Assembly (NCBI GenBank): GCA_050950505.1
Contig: JBMNHS010000001.1
Location: 480,001-544,000 of the forward strand
Direction: 5' to 3'
Length of the DNA: 64,000 nucleotides
From: Candidatus Methanomethylophilaceae archaeon
Lineage (GTDB): Archaea; Thermoplasmatota; Thermoplasmata; Methanomassiliicoccales; Methanomethylophilaceae
Shown here: piece by piece, positions 61,912-64,000 of the stretch
Layout: each line of letters begins with the position of its first letter
How positions within the stretch are numbered: the stretch's first letter is position 1
The notes under the pieces: model-generated
What the model was told of the DNA's origin: nothing
The model's input: only the letters and a program-made list of their open reading frames with translations
Database searches by the model: none
Translations under genes and position numbers: made by a program

Positions 61912-62535
61912 ATGAGCGATGAGGATATAATTACATTCGATGCCGATTTGTTGGTACCCGAAGACGTTTACCTTACGTCCGGAGTCCACATCGGAACGCA
62001 GCAGAAAAGCGCCGATATGAAGGATTTCATATTCAAGGTCAGACAGGACGGACTTTACGTTCTTGACGTCCAGAAGACGGACGAGAGAATAAGGGTCGCT
62101 GCCTCCATGATTGCACGCTATGATCCCAGGAGGGTTCTTGTGGTTTCGGCCAGGCAGTACGGTCAGAGACCTGCCAGGGAATTCTCCAGAGCCATCGGTG
62201 CACCCGCCTTTGCGGGGCGCTTCGTGCCCGGCACCCTCACAAACCCCGTTCACCCCGGTTACGTGGAGCCCGAAATCATACTCATGACGGATCCCGCCGC
62301 GGACAAACAGGCCCTCAATGAAGCGCTCAACCTGGGCGTTCCGATAATCGCCATGTGCGACGCGAACAACGAGACCCGCAACGTCGATTTGATTCTTCCC
62401 ACCAACAACAAGGGAAGGCGGGCGTTGGCCTGTGTGTATTGGCTCCTCACCCGCGAAGTGCTCTTGGCACGCGGCGATTTGAAGGATCCCGAAGATTTCA
62501 CCATGGAAATCGAAGATTTCGAAGCAAAGCTTTGA
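61912..62535 (+). CDS. rps2: Ribosomal protein S2
   Basis: [26 protein letters not shown]. Confidence 0.96.
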   Translation: MSDEDIITFDADLLVPEDVYLTSGVHIGTQQKSADMKDFIFKVRQDGLYVLDVQKTDERIRVAASMIARYDPRRVLVVSARQYGQRPAREFSRAIGAPAFAGRFVPGTLTNPVHPGYVEPEIILMTDPAADKQALNEALNLGVPIIAMCDANNETRNVDLILPTNNKGRRALACVYWLLTREVLLARGDLKDPEDFTMEIEDFEAKL

Positions 62536-62574
62536 TTACAAAACTTTTTTCACTCCAAACCTCTTCTTCATTTT

Positions 62575-63393
62575 ATGAGGTACCCTGTTGCAGCGGGCAG
62601 ATTCTATTCTTCCGACCGTAACGGTCTGATCAGGGATATTGAGTACTGTTTTTCCCATAAGATAGGTCCCGGCCTGCCCGGGGAAGAGGGTAGCGGCAGG
62701 TCTGTCGTCTCCGCTGTGGCGCCTCACGCGGGATACATGGTCTCAGGCATGAACGCCGCCCATACCTTCAAGAAAATCAAAGAGGACGGATTGCCGGACA
62801 CTTATGTCATCATCGGTCCCGACCATCAGGGTGTTCCCTTTGACTTTGTGATGTGTTCTTCGGATTACCTTACGCCATTGGGTCCTTGCAAAACGGACTC
62901 GGAACTCGTCAAAGATTTTAACGGTATGATTCCCGACAGCCCGGGCGCCCATGCGTACGAGCATTCCATAGAAGTCCAGATTCCCTTCATCCAATACATT
63001 GATCCGGATCCGAAGATACTGCCGATAATAATGTCGAGACAGGACAAAGCAACCGCCCGCAGACTCGGAGAGATTCTCAAAGCCGTCTGCAGTGACCGTG
63101 ACGTGATCGTGCTGGCATCCAGCGACCTTTCCCATTATATTCCGAAGAAGAAAGCCACAAACCTGGACTCCCTGATTCTTGACAACATACTCAAGCTGGA
63201 TCCCGAAGGAATCTTCGATGTTGTGAGATCTGAAAGAATATCGGCCTGCGGATACGGCCCCATAGCCACATCTATTATTGCGACGGATCCCGGAAGGGCG
63301 GAAATCCTGAAATATTCCGATTCATACGACTCTCTCGGAAGGGATCCGGACGGTGTCGTCGGTTACGCCTCGGCCGTAATGTACAGAAAATGA
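62575..63393 (+). CDS. MEMO1-family protein
   Basis: PVAAGRFY, PHAGY..SG, EHSIEVQ.PF, SSDLSHY, CGYGP, VVGYA. Confidence 0.9.
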   Translation: MRYPVAAGRFYSSDRNGLIRDIEYCFSHKIGPGLPGEEGSGRSVVSAVAPHAGYMVSGMNAAHTFKKIKEDGLPDTYVIIGPDHQGVPFDFVMCSSDYLTPLGPCKTDSELVKDFNGMIPDSPGAHAYEHSIEVQIPFIQYIDPDPKILPIIMSRQDKATARRLGEILKAVCSDRDVIVLASSDLSHYIPKKKATNLDSLILDNILKLDPEGIFDVVRSERISACGYGPIATSIIATDPGRAEILKYSDSYDSLGRDPDGVVGYASAVMYRK

Positions 63394-63418
63394 AAGTTAA
63401 AAGGTTTGAAAACAAATC

Positions 63419-64000
63419 TCAGTAAGGGATGTGCTTGAGTCTTCTCAGGTCGGGCTCGTAAATCAAACCCTTGTCCATCAGAGCATCGGAGATTTCTTCG
63501 AGTTCGTTGGCGGATATTCCTTCCGCTTCCGCGGCTCTTTCCACTTCGTCCCTCGGGGCACCCTTGTCGTCACGGTCCAACTCGATGATTATGTTGAGAA
63601 CCGTGTCCTCCATGTCTTGGCGTTCCGCCACGTTCTGAACGGGTTCGATGTCGAATTCATCCGGACCGACATCTTCGGGGAATCCGAAATCGATGTTGCT
63701 GTCGGGCAGAAGCATCCTGAGGGCGTTCTGAAGGAGTTTTATGTAAGTTGATGACTCGGGCATTCCATACTGGCTCAGTGCGGTGTTTATTCCGGTGGCT
63801 TCACTTTCCGAGAATCCCGCGTCAATCAGTTCCTTTTCGGAAGTGCTGTTGACGGCAATGGCTTTCTTCATTCTGAGCAGGCGTTCCCACAGGGATTCGG
63901 CCGCACTGAGAATCCATTGCATTCTGACCTCTTCGGAAACTTCCACGATGGTTTCGGGTCTGACGGATACGAAAACACGTCCGTCGTCGGCCGTGTACGT
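63419..64000 (-). CDS. RPA-associated OB-fold/winged-helix protein (5' part outside window)
   Basis: Open to the window edge; VSVRPETI OB-fold end, C-terminal L...GLIYEP winged helix. Confidence 0.7.
   Translation of the reverse strand, partial: TYTADDGRVFVSVRPETIVEVSEEVRMQWILSAAESLWERLLRMKKAIAVNSTSEKELIDAGFSESEATGINTALSQYGMPESSTYIKLLQNALRMLLPDSNIDFGFPEDVGPDEFDIEPVQNVAERQDMEDTVLNIIIELDRDDKGAPRDEVERAAEAEGISANELEEISDALMDKGLIYEPDLRRLKHIPY

Overview
This is an archaeal chromosome segment, most consistent with a Methanomassiliicoccales (Thermoplasmatota) methanogen. Support comes from rpl7ae-rps28e-rpl24e-ndk-aIF5B, rps6e-aIF2g, PAN, GINS, rpoK-rps2, methanogenesis marker 8, DUF1638 and Sel1-rich proteins. 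Positions 1 to about 16.2 kb form a lower-GC surface-glycan island: an inactivated IS1634-type element, two GlfT2-like glycosyltransferases, Wzm plus a Wzt fused to Sel1 repeats, a HAD protein, an epimerase, more GTs and heptose genes. A native glycosylation/heptose cluster and housekeeping genes follow. Main observations: (1) a small island beside tRNA-Lys encodes a Ser/Cys-repeat (SCGS) precursor peptide, a radical SAM/SPASM maturase, a nitroreductase and an HxlR regulator, resembling an ACGX-type RiPP system in an archaeon; (2) none of about 65 credible genes ends in TAG, while two non-methyltransferase genes have an in-frame TAG near the N-terminus, suggesting amber is read as sense (pyrrolysine); (3) the Wzt-Sel1 fusion; (4) a probable purS relic before a divergent purL; (5) a 34-bp tandem repeat between divergent genes. 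All family calls come from motif recognition by eye, not from database searches.
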